The notes under the pieces are model-generated. The model had not been told where the DNA came from and made no database searches. It saw nothing but the letters and a program-made list of their open reading frames with translations. Source: Lama glama (Eukaryota). Taken from it: a stretch of DNA of 64,000 nt. The stretch lies in the NCBI GenBank assembly GCA_028534125.1, contig CM052817.1, positions 36,520,001 to 36,584,000 of the forward strand, written 5' to 3'. This document shows, piece after piece, positions 36,170 to 50,484 of the stretch; positions within the stretch are counted from its first letter, which is position 1; each line of letters starts with the position of its first letter. A program made the translations under genes and the position numbers.

Positions 36170-37996
36170 TAATAGACAATTTGAATAGACCTATATCTTA
36201 AAGTGTTTGAATCAATAATTAATAACCTTCCCAGACAGAAACACCAAACCCAGATGAGTTCACTGGGAAATTCCACCAAACATTTAAGGAAAATTTCTAC
36301 CAATTCTCTACAGTGTCTTTCAGAAGATAGAAGTCAAGGGAGTATTTCCTAACTCACTTTGTGAACATTATCCTAACACCAAAACTGGATAAAGACATTA
36401 CAAGGAAAGGAAACAAACTACAGACCAATATCTCTTGTGACATAGATACAAAATCCTCAAAAAAAATTAGCAAATTGAATCCAACAGTGTATGAAAAGAA
36501 TTATTTACTATGTGAGATTATACACCAAAAATTGTACACAACATGACATATATTTCAGGTATGCAAGGCTGGTTCAACATTTGAAATAAATTATTGTAAT
36601 CCATCACATCAACAGAATAAAGAAGAAAAATCATATGATTGTATCAATAGATGCTAGAAAGCATTTGATAAAATGCAATACCCATTCATGATAAAAACTC
36701 TCATCAAACCAGGAACAGAGAGGAGAACTCCCTCCTCTTGATAAAGAACATCTACAAAAAGCCTACGGCCAATATCATACTTAATAGTGAGAGACTGGAC
36801 GCTTTCCCACTAAGGTTAGGAACAAGGCAAGGATACGCTATCTCAACACTCCTTTTCAATATCACATTGAAACTTTTAGCAATGCAGTAAGACAAGAAAA
36901 AGATACAAAAATTATGCAACTTGAGAAAAAAGAAATAAAACTGTTTTTGGTTGCAGATGACATGATTGTCTATGTAGCAAATCAAGCAACAACAGCAATA
37001 ACAACAACAAAAACTCCTGGAACTAATTAAATTATATATCAGGTTTGCAGGGTACAAGGGTAATATTCAAAAGTCAACCTCTTCCTGTATACTAGCAATG
37101 AACAAGTGGAATTTGAAATTAAAAACACAATACCATTTACATTACATCCCCAAAAGTGAAATACTTAGGTATAAATCTAACAAAATATGAAAAAGATCTA
37201 TATGATGAAAGCTACAAGACTCTGATGAAAGAAATCTAAGAGTAAATAAATGCAGAGATACTTCATGTTCATGAATAAGAAGATTCAATGTTGTCAAGAT
37301 GTCAGTTCTTCCCAGCTTGATCTATAGATTCAGTGCAATCCTTATTAAAAAAAAAATCCAGAAAGTTATTTTATGGATATTGACCAACTAATCTAAAATT
37401 TATATGGAGAGGCAAGAGACCTTGTATAGCCAACATATTATTGAAGGAGAGGTACAGAGTTGGAGGACTGAGATAACCTGACTTCAAGACTTCCTAAAAG
37501 CTACAGTACTCAAGACAGTATGAGATTGGTGAAAGAACAGGCAAATAGAACATGGAACGGAATAGAGAGCTTGGAAAAAGACCCACATAAATATAGTCCA
37601 CTAATCTTTGACACAGGAGCAAAGGCAATACAGTGGAATAAAGATAGTTTTCAACAAATGGTCCTGGAACAAATGGACAGCTACATGCAAAAAAAAAAAA
37701 GAGAGAGAGAGAGAGAGAGAATCTAAGCACAAATCTGAACTCCCTTCACAAAATTAATTCGAAGCAGGTCATAGACCTAATGGAAAGTCCAAAACTGTAA
37801 AACTCCAAGAAGATAATGTAGGAGGAAATCTAGGTGAACTTGGACATGGCAATAACTTTTTAGCTACAAAACCAAAGGGAAGATCTATGAAAGAAATCAT
37901 TATAAGCTAGACTTGATTAAAATGGAAAACTTCTAGTCTGTGAAAGACAATGTCAAAGGAATAAGGAGACAAGCCACATACTGGGAGAAAATATCT
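36170..37996 (+). mobile_element. Old L1 ORF2 fragment
   Basis: RT-region sequence (caaggctggttcaacatt, atcaatagatgc, gcagatgacatgattgtctat, aaatacttaggtataaatctaacaaa). Confidence 0.9.
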
Positions 37997-38499
37997 TCAG
38001 TCAGCAATCAGATGAATTAGCTAATATATAACCTAAATGCAGAGATATCACAATAACTCATTTTGAAGTTACCCAGTTAACCACAATTCAAGGTCAGGGC
38101 AAGAAATCAGCCTCTGCAGAAGTCTCCAGTTCCAGGTCATGCTGCCTCCTCACCAGCTAAGATAACTGCCAACAGTGCTAGGCGTGGCATAGTTTCCTTA
38201 GTGTTAAAGCATCTTTCATTCTAGGAAGAATTGGGATTAATCACAGAAATTTTTTCAGTCCAATTTCAGATGTGCAATTAAATAAGTGATTTAGGCTTTT
38301 GATTTAAAGTTGAAATCTTACTAAATCTGTAGAAAAATAACAGGACATTTAAAGAATTAGGGTTGACCGTATTTATAATTTCAATCATTTCCTTCATATG
38401 GGTTATTTGAGCAATTGGGGAGGCTTAATTTGTTAAATTAGAAAATAGGAGTACTTAAGTGTGCAGAAAAGAGTGAACACAGGAGGCCTGAGGCTTCTG

Positions 38500-39015
38500 T
38501 CCTTAGAAAGGCCTGCTCTCAAGATTGGCCCTTGGTTGGCATCTGGGAGATTGAGTCACAGAGTGTTCCCACTCAACAGTTAACTGATAAGGGTGGTTCA
38601 CTTTGCCTAGACTGTGCAAACAAACAGTATATGCTGAATGCCTGCTCACCTTCTGAGAGTCTGGAATTTTGGTACATGCTAAGCAGAGCATGCCTACATA
38701 CCTAGCTCCCAGTAAAAACCTTGGGCTCTAAGCCTTTAGTGGTCTCCCTGGGCCAAAATATTGCACACATGTGGAGTTTTCATTGCTGGGGGAAGAGCGT
38801 GTTCTGTGTGACCCCTTGTGAGAAGAAGCGAGCATAAGGCAGCTTGCAGATAGAGTCCTCTAGACTCTCCCTTTGTCTTTCCCTTATGATCTACCTGTGT
38901 ATCCTTGCTATGTTGCTATAATAAATCTTAGCTCTGACTAGACCTATACATTGAGTACTGTAAATCCTTCCAGTGAATCTCTGAAAATGGGCATAGTCTG
39001 GGGGTTCCCAACACA
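38500..39015 (+). mobile_element. MER21/MER68-like LTR
   Basis: actgataagggtggttcact...gagtctggaattttggtacatgctaagcagag...gtaaatccttccagtgaatctctgaa...cccaaca. Confidence 0.75.
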
Positions 39016-40612
39016 CTAAAGAAATTCAAGTTTTCTTCTACATACAGTTTTAAGTGTTTGGGAGTGTTAAATTCAGTAAGTTTATAGATTAAACCAAACA
39101 CTATTGAAAGATCTCTTAGAATTGAATCATAAACTTTACTAGACATATAAATAGGGCAATAGCATTGGTAAACTGAATTATAGACTTAAAAAAGACTAGA
39201 GTCTTGAATTTATAACTTTGATCACCAAATACTAATTTCTAAAACCCAAGTAAACTTTTAAATAGGCTTTTCACCCCCTGAAAAGTCCCTTGAGAGGATC
39301 CATAAAGGCCAAATTTAGTGTATCTCATCAGCCCGTGACAGATTGCTTGTCCTCCTAGTCTTAGTGAAAGAAGGGTATTTGTTCAAATCAACTACAGTCC
39401 CACATCACTAAGATTTCAGATAAAAGGAAGTAACCTAGGATCCACCCCTGTTTATATCACTTGATAATTAACCACATTACACCATCTCATAGAATCTGCT
39501 TCTAATGGTGATACTAAAATACGTTTTTTGTAAAAGCATCAGGTAGGGAGTCCAACTAAACGGGTGATAAATGTTAACTCTATAGTGTTAAAGATCCAGG
39601 AAAAGTTAATAACAATTATCCTTTTGATATTCTATAATGCCCTTGACAGATTTCCCCACTGGATGATGAAGAATGTGGCAGGAGCTTCTGCTAGAGCATT
39701 ATGCCTGAAACCTACTTGTCACACATTAAAAAATTTCTGCTTTTAGAACTGTGGTATAAGGAGAAAACAGGGGCTTTCTCCCCATAACTATCATAGTACC
39801 CAGCACTTAGTAAACCCAGTAAATACTAATGAATGAATGGAAGAGCTAATGATTTAGTTGAGGGAATAACATGTAAACATCCCAAAGTTAAATGACAATA
39901 GGAGACAGTGGTTTTGAAGACATATAAGAGGTAGTAAGTGGTAAGCTGCCAAATGAATGGAAGTGAGAATAAGTGTTAAGAGCTCCGAGTAGGAGACCAC
40001 TGTAAAGGCTACAGAGGAGAAGGTTTCATGGAGAAGTTGGGCTTAAAAAGTCCTGGCTTTGAAAACTGTATTAGATTTGAAAATGAAGAGTAGGGAAAGG
40101 CCTGAGAAGCAAGAGTGCACGCAAAGGGATGGAAGTGAGAGAATAGGAGAAGTGACTGTGAGATGCACGTTGACCCTCTAGCACTGCAGCCTAGCTGTTT
40201 ACAAAACAAGAGTGGGGACAGACCTCTTAGCACCCAGGTTGTGATGGTCATGTTTCTCTGGCTCAGGATTTGGACTTGACTCTCTTGAGAGGGGAAAGAA
40301 TGAATGATTTTTCAATAGGCAATAATATGATTAAAGAGTTTGGTGGTTCTAGAATAAAGATTATCCCAGAACAAGGTGTAGGATGGTTTAGATTGGATTA
40401 AAGAAGTGAGCGTTGTTGGTAGAGAATACAGTAGTTAGAAGACAGCCCAGACATAAAGCAATAAGGGGCTGAAGTTAACGTAAGGTCAGAGGTTATAGAA
40501 AGACATGCATCTCTTAAACATTTTAAAAGAATATGTGGTTGGACTGGTCACCACAACCAAAGAAAAGCTAAGAGTACCTTTGTGAAAGTGAAGGAGGGGA
40601 GTACTTTTTTAG

Positions 40613-41164
40613 CACGAAGTTATTTATGTTTTCATTTTCTTCTTTACATCAAGTGAGAATCAGTGTGTAAATTAGGTAGTGTTAAACGAAAATTTAGACC
40701 CCTACTTTTCCAAGAGAAAAGAATTTTTGCAACTCAAAATGTAATTGAAACACATACCCAAGGGATTTAATGCTTATGTATTTTAAGGTTAGAATCTTAG
40801 TTTTACCAAATAAACCAAGAGAGAGTCAAGCACCCCATATGTAGCAGGATAATGTGCACAGTGATGAGCTGGTATATTGCAGTCTGCTGGTGTCTTTAGA
40901 AGACTTTGCAAACATTCTGTAGAGAAGAGCCCAAGACACAAACAGCTTTGGTGATTGTGTTTCAGGAAAGAAGACAGGCTGTCAAGTTTTCTGCCAGTGG
41001 AAATTGAAGAAAATAAAACTAAAGGGATTTTTTGGCCATTTCCTACCAGTGTCCCTACTGGTAGATGTGCTTCAGGAAAGGATGAAGAGCTTTTGGCCAA
41101 AGAGGAAGCAGCTTTAAGAAAGCAAAGCTAAAAGAAAGAATTGGCAGTACTCTTAAGAAACTAG
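40613..41164 (+). pseudogene. Decayed single-exon TIR domain D
   Basis: Acceptor tacttttttag|; YVFIFFFTSSENQCVN*VVLNENLDP (40625-40702), LKM*LKH (40733-40753), RDL (40761-40769), SRIMCTVMSWYIAVCWCL* (40843-40899), ALVIVFQE (40945-40968), SFWPK (41088-41102) + EAAL (41105-41116); donor TAG|gtagca. Confidence 0.72.
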
Positions 41165-43309
41165 GTAGCATTGTTCAGGCCACCCTGGCCTTCCTGTTCT
41201 ATGGGATCGCAAACATATTTTGTACTTAACTGACAAATATTGTAGCAGCTTAAGACCTGGATTTCAAGTCTGTTTCCATGCAGAACTCACTACTCTTAAA
41301 ATTATGAAATCAAATACTCCTCTTAGCATCCTAATCCCCACAGCCAGTGCCTCCAAAGCAATGCAATAAATCATTCTCTGATGGAGAGAATAACCAATCT
41401 TCTTTCACCAGAAGGAACCAAAATCCTTTATTCCTTCAAAACACTTTCAACTACACCCTTTACTTGTAGGCAACAGAACAAATAAAGTAAAATGGAGCTC
41501 TCTTGCTCTACCAAATGGGGCCAACTAATCCATAACCTAAAATGAACTGAACAATACGGACAGCCATGCCATCTCCTGGCATGATACATTTTACAAAATG
41601 TTGTGTTCATTTTTCTCTTGTAATATTAATAATAGCTAACACATAGTGTGTACTTAATAACTGCCAGACACTTTTCTAAACACTTTACGTGGTTTAATTC
41701 ATCTTGTCTCCAGCATCTAGGAAATAGGGATCCCTTTTGTGACAGATGAGGAAATAGGAACTTGGCCAAGGTGACAAACTATGTAGTTTGTTCTATGTAG
41801 TAGAACTGAGATTTTTAAAAAGCCTGACATTCTAGGTGAATAATTTCTGTCACACAGGTTTTGATGTTATTGTTTACATGTACATGTATCTCCATTAAAT
41901 GCTCATTATGTTTCCTTTTTTCTTTTAAATAGACTTTATTTTTTGGAGCAGTTTTAGATTCGCAGAAAATTGAACAGAGCACAGCGTTCCCACATACCCT
42001 CTCTCCTCTATAAGCACAGCCTCGCCTGCTATCAACATAGTGCTCCAGAGTAGAACATTTTTTATAATTGATGAACTTACATTGGCACATCATTATCACC
42101 CCAAGTCCACAGTTTACATTAGGGTTTATTCTTGGTGTTATACATTCTATGGATCTCTGGATTTTGACAAATGTATCCAGCACTGCAGTGTTGTAGAGAA
42201 GACTTTCCCTGCTGTAAACATCTCCTTGGCTCCACATTCCTCCCTTTCCCATTCCACCTGGCAGCCACTGACTTCTTACTGTCTGCATTTCATGTAGTTG
42301 GAATCATACAATATGCAGTCTTTCCAGACTGGCTTCTTGCACTTAGGAAGATGCATTTAAGGTTCCTCCAAGTCTTTTCATGGCTTGATAGCTCATTTAT
42401 TTTTAGCACTGAATAATATTCCGTTGTCTAGAATGGGGAAATTGTTTATTTATCCATTCACTTACTGAAAGACACCTTGGTTGCTTCCAAGCTTTGGCAA
42501 CTGTAAATAGAGCTGCTGTAAACATCTGTGTTCAGGTTTCGGTGAGGACTTAAGTTTTCAACTCACTGGGTAAATACAGAGGAACATGATCACTAGGTCT
42601 CATGGGACGTGTATGTTTAGTTTTGTAATTGTGAAACTGTCTTCCAAAGCGGCTGAAACAACTTGAATTCTCACCAGCAAAAAATGAACATTCCTGGACA
42701 ACATTTGATATTGTCAGTGTTTTAGAGTTTGGGCTTTCTAATAGGTGTGTAGTGGTATCTCATTGTTGTTTAAATGTGCAATTCCATAATGACATGTAAT
42801 GTGGAGTATCTTTTTTCATATGCTTATCTGCCATCTGTATATCTTCTTTGGTGAGGTATCTGTTCAGGTCTTTGGCCCAATTTTTAATTGGGCTATTTGT
42901 TCTCTTAGTGTTGAGTTTTAAGAGTTCTTTGGATATTTTGGATAACAGTCATGTAGCCGATATGTCTTTTGTAGATATTTTCTTCCAGTATGTGGCTTGG
43001 TCCTTCATTGACTTTCTCTATTGATTTTTTTTTCAATTTTATTATTTCTCCTTGAATGTTATTATTTCTTTTCCTCTGCTTACTTTGTATTTAATTTAAT
43101 TTTCTTTTTCTAGTTTCCTAAGGTTGAAGTGCAGATGATTGATTTTAGATCTTAATTCCTTGCTAATATATTCATTCACTGCTATAAATTCTCCTCTAAG
43201 CACTGCTTTTGCTGCATCACACAAACTTTGATAAGTTGTATTTTCTTTTTCATTTAGTTCAACATCTGTTTAATTTCTCTTTATATTTCTCCCTTACATA
43301 TGTTAAGTG

Positions 43310-43655
43310 TATTGTTAAAACAAAACAGAAGAAAAACAGACTCATAGATACAGAGAACAGATGGATGGTTGCCAGAAAAGAGGGTACTGAGGGGTAAGAA
43401 ATATGTGAAGTGGATTAAGAGGTACAAACTTCCAATTATAAAATAAACAAACCATGGGGATATAATATACAACATAAAAAATATGGTCAATAATATTGTA
43501 ATAACTGTGTGGGGACAGATGGTTACTAGACTTAAATCATGGTGATCATTTCATAATGTATGCAATTATCAAATCACTATGTAGTACACCTGAAACTAAC
43601 ATCATATTGCATGTCAGCTATATTTTAATTAAAATAAATAAGATAAAATAAAAGA
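43310..43655 (+). mobile_element. L1 3' end nested in the older L1
   Basis: gactcatagatacagagaacaga...ggtacaaacttcc...gtacacctgaaactaac...A-tail; same 3' UTR type as about 57700-58010. Confidence 0.8.
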
Positions 43656-45318
43656 GTGTTGTTTAATTTTTAAATATTTGGGGATTTTTCCAGCTGTCTT
43701 TCCAGTTATTGATTTTCTTTTAAATCCATTGTGGTCTGAGCAGAGACATTGTGTGATTTATATTCTTTTAAATTTTTTAAAGTATGTTTTATGACTTAGA
43801 ATGTGATCTGTGTTGGTGAATGTTCCATGTGAGCTTGAGAAGAATATATGATCTGCTGTTACTGGAGGAAGTAGTCTATAGATGCCAATTATATCCAGTT
43901 GATTGATGGTGCTGTTGAGCTTAGCTATGATTTTACTCCATTTTTACCTGCTGGATATGTTTATTTCTGACAGAAGGGTGTTAAAGTCTTGAACTATTAC
44001 TGTGGATTTATCTATTTCTCCTTGCAGTTCTATCAGCTTTGCCTCACATGTTTTGATGCTCTGTTGTTGGGTATATACATGTTAAAAATTGTTTTATCTT
44101 CTTGGAGAATTGACTCCTTTATCATTATGGGATGCACCTTTTTATCCCTGATAATTTTCCTTGCTTTGAAGTCAACTCTGTCTGAAATTAACATAGGTAC
44201 TCCTATTTTCTTTTGACTAATGTTAGAATGGTATATCTTTCTTTATTTTTAGTATATATGTGTCTTTATAGTTAAAGAGGGTTCTTAAGATAACAGGTAG
44301 TTGAATTTTGTTTTTTGATCCACTTTGATTATTTCTTTCAGTTGTATTTATATCATTGATGTTTAAAGAGATTATTAATATATTTTGATTAATATCTACC
44401 ATGTTTGTTATTGTTTTCTATTCATTACCCTTGTTCTTTGTTCCTGTTTTTGTCTCCCATTCTTCTTCTGCCATTTGCGGTCTTAAATGAGCATTTACAT
44501 GATTCAGTTTTCTCTCATTTCTTAGCATATCAATTTTTTAACTTTTTGAAAACTTTTTAGTGATTTTCCTCAAATTTGCAACATACCTTTGCAGTATACA
44601 TTGAATATACAGGTAACCCAAATTCACTTTCAGATAACACTGTATCATTTCTTGGGTTGTGTAAGTACCTCATAATAACAAAATATTCCTAATTTCCACC
44701 CCCTGACTTCCTTTGTATCATTGTTGTCATTCAGTCACTTACATATAAATATGCATAAGCATATATATCCACATACCAAACTGAATACATTATTGTTCTT
44801 ATTATTTTGAACAAATTGTTCTTTGTTAGATTAATTAAGAGTAAGAAAGATGAAAGTTTTATTTACTTTTATTTATTCCTTCTTTAATGTTCTTTTTTTT
44901 AATTTATATAGATCCAAGTTTCTGACCTATATCAATTTCCTTCTCTCTAAAGAACTTCTTTGAACATTTCTTGCAAGGCTGATATACTGGCAACAAATTC
45001 CCTTAGTGTACATCTGAGAAAGTCTTTATTTCTTCTTCACTTTTGAAGGATAATTCTTTGCAGGGTACAGAATTATAGGTTGGTGGGTTTTTTCGTCTCA
45101 ACATTTTAAATATTTCCACTTTCTTCTCACTTGCATAGTTTCTGAGGAGCAGTGGGATGTAACTTTTTGCTCCTCTATAGGTAAAATACTTTTTTTCCTA
45201 TGACTTCTTTCAAGAATTGTTCTTTACCTTTGATTTTCTGCAGTTTGAATGTGATATGCCTAGGTGTAGTTTATTTGGCATTTATCCTGCTTGGTGTTCT
45301 CTGAGCTTGCTGTATTTT

Positions 45319-45700
45319 GTGATGTTATGAACCAAATGTTTGTGTCCCCCCCAAATTCAGATGTTGAAGTCCTAACCCATGTGTGATGGTATTAAGAGGT
45401 AGGGTCTTTGAGAAGTAATTAACTCATGAGGGTGCAACCTTCACGAGTGGGATTAGTGTTCTTATAAAAAGAGCCATGAGAACTTACTCTCTTTCTCTTT
45501 GCTGTCTGCCACGGGAAGATACAGCAAGAAGATGTCCATCTACAAACCAAGACACAGGTCCTCCCTGGAACTGAATGTGCTGGCACCTTGATCTTGTACT
45601 TCTCAGCCTCTGCCTTCAGAGCTCTGAAAAATAAATATTTATTGTTTAAGTCATCCAGTCTATGATAGTGTGTTACAGCAGCCCAAGCTTACTAAGGAAT
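45319..45700 (+). mobile_element. MLT1-type MaLR LTR
   Basis: tgttatgaaccaaatgtttgtgtcccccccaaattc...gttgaagtcctaaccc...aataaatatttattgtttaagtcatccagtctatgatagtgtgttacagcagccc. Confidence 0.8.
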
Positions 45701-47089
45701 GTAGTATGCTGTCTTATCTTAATATGGAGGAAGTTCTCAGTCATTATTGCTTCAAATATTGCTTTTGTTTCTTTCCCTCTTTTGATGCTCCCATTATGTG
45801 TATGTTACACCTTTTGTAGTTGTACCACAGTTCTCTGATATTCTGTTCCCTTTTTTCCCCGTCTTTTCTCTTTACTTTCAGTTTCTATTGACATATCCTC
45901 AGGCTCAGAGATTCTTCCTCAGTTGTGTTCAATCTACTAATAAGCCTATGAAAGATTTTCTTTATTTCTATTCTAGTGTTTTTGTACTCTAGCATGTCTT
46001 ATTGATTCTTAGAATTTCCATCTCTGCTTACGTTGCCCATCTGTTCTTGAATATTGTCTACCTTTTCCATTACAGCCCTCAGCATATTAATCATAGTTGT
46101 TTTAATTCATGATCTGATAATTCCAACATCCCTGCCATATCTGAGGCTGGTTCTGATTCTTGCTCTGTCTCTTCAAACTGTTTTTTTTATTTTTGCCTCT
46201 TTGAATGCCTCGTAATTTTTTGCTGAAAGCCAGACATTATGTCCTAGGTAAAAAGAACTCTGATAAATAGGCCATTAGTGAAGAAGTGGTAAGGTGTGAG
46301 GAGAGGGGAAGCATTCTATAGTCTTATGATTACGTCTCATTCCTTAAAAGTGAGCCTGTGCTCTGGGCTGTGAACTTTGCAAGTGCATCTCAGTTTCTCT
46401 GCACCCCCAGTCCTGTGCCCTAAACCTTACTTAGATAAGACAGGATTCCTGGAGCGGGCTGGAGTTGGGTAGTTCCTTTTTCTGTCATTTAGGTTCTGGT
46501 GAAAGAGTTTCTCTTCAGGGCTTTCTTAAGAACAGAATGTTCTGATGTGTTTCAAAATGGTTACTTTTCCTGCAGGAAGCCCAAGGGGATTTTTCTCTGA
46601 TCTGTCCTGTGAGAACATGGTGGAATTCCAGGAGGTAAAACTCACAAAAGAGAGGAGCCCCTTTGGAATTAATTCACAAACTTACCTGCTCTGAGCCTCT
46701 GGCAATTTGTCAGTTCCAGTTCAGATTCTCCTACCCTGGCCCTGGCTCCCACAGAGGTTTTTGTTTGTGGGTTTCTTCTCCATCAAGTTGTGATTTCTGT
46801 ATCTGTCCAATTTTAGGAGAAGCAGTTTACCACATGTCATTAATTCTCTGACAGATCTAAGAAAAGCTATTGATTTTCAATGTATTCAGCTGTTTTATTT
46901 GTTGTTAGGAAAGAGTGGTGGCTTCCAAGGTCCTTGCGTGTCTGATTGAAATTAGGGAGTCTGCCTGAGTGGTTTTAAATGCCAATTTCTGACCTGTAAC
47001 AGTGATGGCAAACACATTTTTTGTTTGTTTCTATGGCTGAATTGGTTGTGAAATGACTAATTGATGCTCAAGCAGCAATAATTGATACT

Positions 47090-50000
47090 TGGTAGGGTTG
47101 GGGAAGGCAAAGTTTCCCCTTATCCCTCTTGAGTTCTTTTGATTGGTCTAATAATTGAATTGATACAAGACAGGTTAACAGGAAAAAATTTAATTTGCAT
47201 GCACAGAGGTCTCATAGCAATGGGACCCCTGAAGCAACCAAAGCAGGCTGTTTATATATCATTTTTAAACAAAGAAACAGTTATTTGTGAAGATTTAACA
47301 AAACAAAGGAGCTGTGTTTGGGGTAGCAGACTAAAGAAGGTAAAGTTCTGTTTATACAGTTTTCTTAGCCTTGAATTCCCTAACTTTGTTGTTAAGGATG
47401 CTTTCTGCCCTCCTGGTGTAGGGAGGGTACCTGCACATGGGGGATTTATTTTCCACTCTCATAGGGAAAGAGAGACTCAGAGCGATTAAAAAAATTTTTT
47501 TTTCACCAGATTTTTCTCAAGTAACTTTAATTTAAAATAAGCGAAATTCCATTGAAGCATATTTTGGAGTGGCCTGTCCTGGGCCCCAAAAGTTCCTTCC
47601 CCTGAAACTTCCCTGGAAATTTCACATATTAAAAATTGAGCTGTTCCATTTCAATGAACAAGTCTCTTAATCTTGATGATACATCAGTTTAGGTAGACTC
47701 ATTTCAGGAGGTGGTGATGCAGTTGGGCTCTCAAAGTTAGGCCTCTGGTGCAGACAGGTATTTAATAAGAGGCATTTCTATGGAGACAACAGAAAAGCAA
47801 TAGTTAATAATTAGGGCAAATTATAGATCAGTTTTTGAGTTCTGAGGCTGGTCAGCTGAAATTTCTAGATTTCACAGCTGGAGCATCTTTTGTGGTTTGA
47901 ACGTCTTTGATGTTGTCATCAGATGTTCAGGTAAACATTCTGAGTGGCCCATATAGCAAGAGGCATGAGGAAGATTGTCTAAACATGAGCTATGTGGTGT
48001 TTTTCCAAAGTTTATATTAAGACATCCAGCTTCAATATGTAGGACTTCAGGAAAAAGGGAAGTTTTAGTTCTCAATGATTCCAAGATAAATGAGTGGGAG
48101 AAAATTAGAAATGTTAGTTTGGAGGGTTGTAGTCAAATATTGGAGGAAACTAGAAAAATTCAGCATCCAGTCCAGTTTTCAGAAAATACAAAACCTCAAA
48201 GAAAATTAATAGCCCTAGAATCTAATATCCACAAGTGTGTATTATAGTTTCTACTGAAACAGATTTTTGTCTAAAATCACCCTCATTTTTACCAAAGGTA
48301 GCCAAATTAAGAGTAATTTGTTGGCAGAATAAGTCTAGATTCAATCAACTTGGCCTGGTTATTTACCTAAGTACAGCAATAATAGCTCTTGGCCGCACAG
48401 GCTCTTTTAAATCTACTTCGCTGGAACTTTTTATAATGAATCTCCAGACTGAACTTTTAATAGCCTCTTGAGGCTGAGGAGCCAAGTCAAACGTTTGTCA
48501 TCAAAATTGGCCTGCGATACCTATAGATTTGAGGTCTATACCTGCTATACCTCTCTTCTTGAGGTCCCTAAAATATTCTGAGGTTGCTGGGCTTGCTAGG
48601 AAGTGACCTTCCTTACTCACTTGGTAAGGCACTGGGAACTGGGTAAGCAAGGTATCAGGCTGGTTTTCCAAGGGGCTTTATTGGTCCATAAAGTCAAAGC
48701 TGTCTGGTCATATCTATGTATGCTCTCTCTCAAATAAGTTACTCTAGTCAAAACTTTAGTAATACAATCAGTGCTTCCAGTTGTGTCCTCTTATAAGGAG
48801 AACAAATTCTTATTGAACATATGCAAATAACTATATTGCCAAGAAAAGAAGAATATTCACTGAGAGTTTCTGAATTCTGGAGGGATGAGGTAGGGAGGAA
48901 AAGATAAATGTTTCAATTCTCCTTATAAAGGTATAATTTACCAAATTGTTCTTAATCAGAATTAGCTTGAGAGAAAAGAGAGAAAGTTTTCCTGAAATTT
49001 GGAGACACGAAACATTAAAAAATCCATTGTTGGTTCTAATCTTGAAGTCATAAAAAATTATAACCATCTTCCTCATTTCATTTAGTCTTATGTAATTCTT
49101 ATTTTGCTTGATCTTTTGTTAGAAATTTTATGAAGTTATCAGTTTCTCCATTCTGTAAATTTTTATCTAACTCAGTGGTATGACTTGAAAGTCACCAGAA
49201 ACTTGTATTCTAGAGTACTTGTTAGCTTCCTTTCTATGAATTTCTCTGAAGATGAAACACATTTGCAGGAAGCTTTTGTAAAAGCATCTGAGTAAAACAA
49301 TAACTGTTGGTAAATGATAAAAATGTTCATTATTAAAGACCTCATTCAGTATGGTGGAATTGACAAGGAAATTTGGTTATCTTTGTGACACACAACATTT
49401 TAAGATAATAACTAGAATTATGACTGATAACATGACATTGGGATATGGCCAAACTTTAGGAATTCCATTTAATTTTTAGAGCATTTATATTAATAACTTT
49501 TACCCATACAATATAACCTAGGAAGGTTATATCATCATTTTAAAGGGTTTTAAAACACTTGGTCAAGTAGGATCATAGATCACTGTGAAATAATACTTAG
49601 TTATCCATGACAAAGATTTTGCAGGCAAATACAGAAAGTTAAATAATTATAAAAGGACTTAGCTCTTTTAATACTGAAAAGACTCAGGTTTTTGTTTTGT
49701 TTTCTTTCCCTTTTCTTTTTTTGCTAAGTAATCAGAGAGATGTTTAAGACTAAATATAGGATCTTTGTTTTTCTAGACAGACTACATTAAAGGTAGAGAA
49801 AATCTTTGTTTATAATTTCTCATTGAAATCAGACCAATGATTTAAAAAAAAGTTGTCCTTTTTAACAGAGAAAAAACCCAAATTTTAATTTTGTACCAGC
49901 TGACTTTTGATATTAAAATTTATTTACTTAATTAAATTCATTCCAATCTTAGTCCTAACCATGCAAAAAATTCCAAAGATTCCTTTTTTTACAAACCTAT

Positions 50001-50484
50001 GTCCATTTTAGTTTGCCCCTGTTTTCTTTCCCATTTAGAAATAATCAGCTTTGTTTTAGAATAAAATCACTTTAATTTCCTTCAAAATGTATTTCCATAC
50101 CTCAAGCCTTTCACCCCAAAACACATATCTAATTTTTCCATGTATACAGAGATGTTTTCCCTGTTATTTTAGTAGCTTTAATTGCATATATTAATTAGAA
50201 TTTTTAGCCCTTAGAAACCTTGATTTCTAGTGAAAACTAAGAAGTAATCCATTATGAACTGTCTGTTACATTAACATTCTTTAGATTAGCAAATTTCATA
50301 ATTTTTAGAAACATACATTTTCTCAAAGGAAAAATTTTCAGTGTAGCATGGTCATCTTTAGTCTTCTGTAATAAGAAGTCAATATCATTTTTTTCCTACA
50401 AGCTGTTTTCCAGATAACTTTAATTCAAAATAATCACTTTGCCATTGAGGCATATTTTGGGGTAGCCTGCCCTGGGCCCCCACA
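47090..50484 (-). mobile_element. Degenerate ERV1 (MER34-like) provirus: 3' LTR about 47090-47592, AT-rich internal region, partial 5' LTR about 50380-50484
   Basis: Repeated LTR segment taactttaatt(t/c)aaaataa...ccattga(a/g)gcatattttgg(a/g)gt(g/a)gcctg(t/c)cctgggcccc at about 47522-47590 and 50415-50484. Confidence 0.75.

Larger units (their letters stand above)
41925..46960 (-). mobile_element. Old L1 (L1MC/MD-type) with internal deletions and nested elements
   Basis: Antisense L1 3' UTR at 41925-42400, ORF2 end, endonuclease and ORF1-region sequence towards 46900. Confidence 0.8.
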
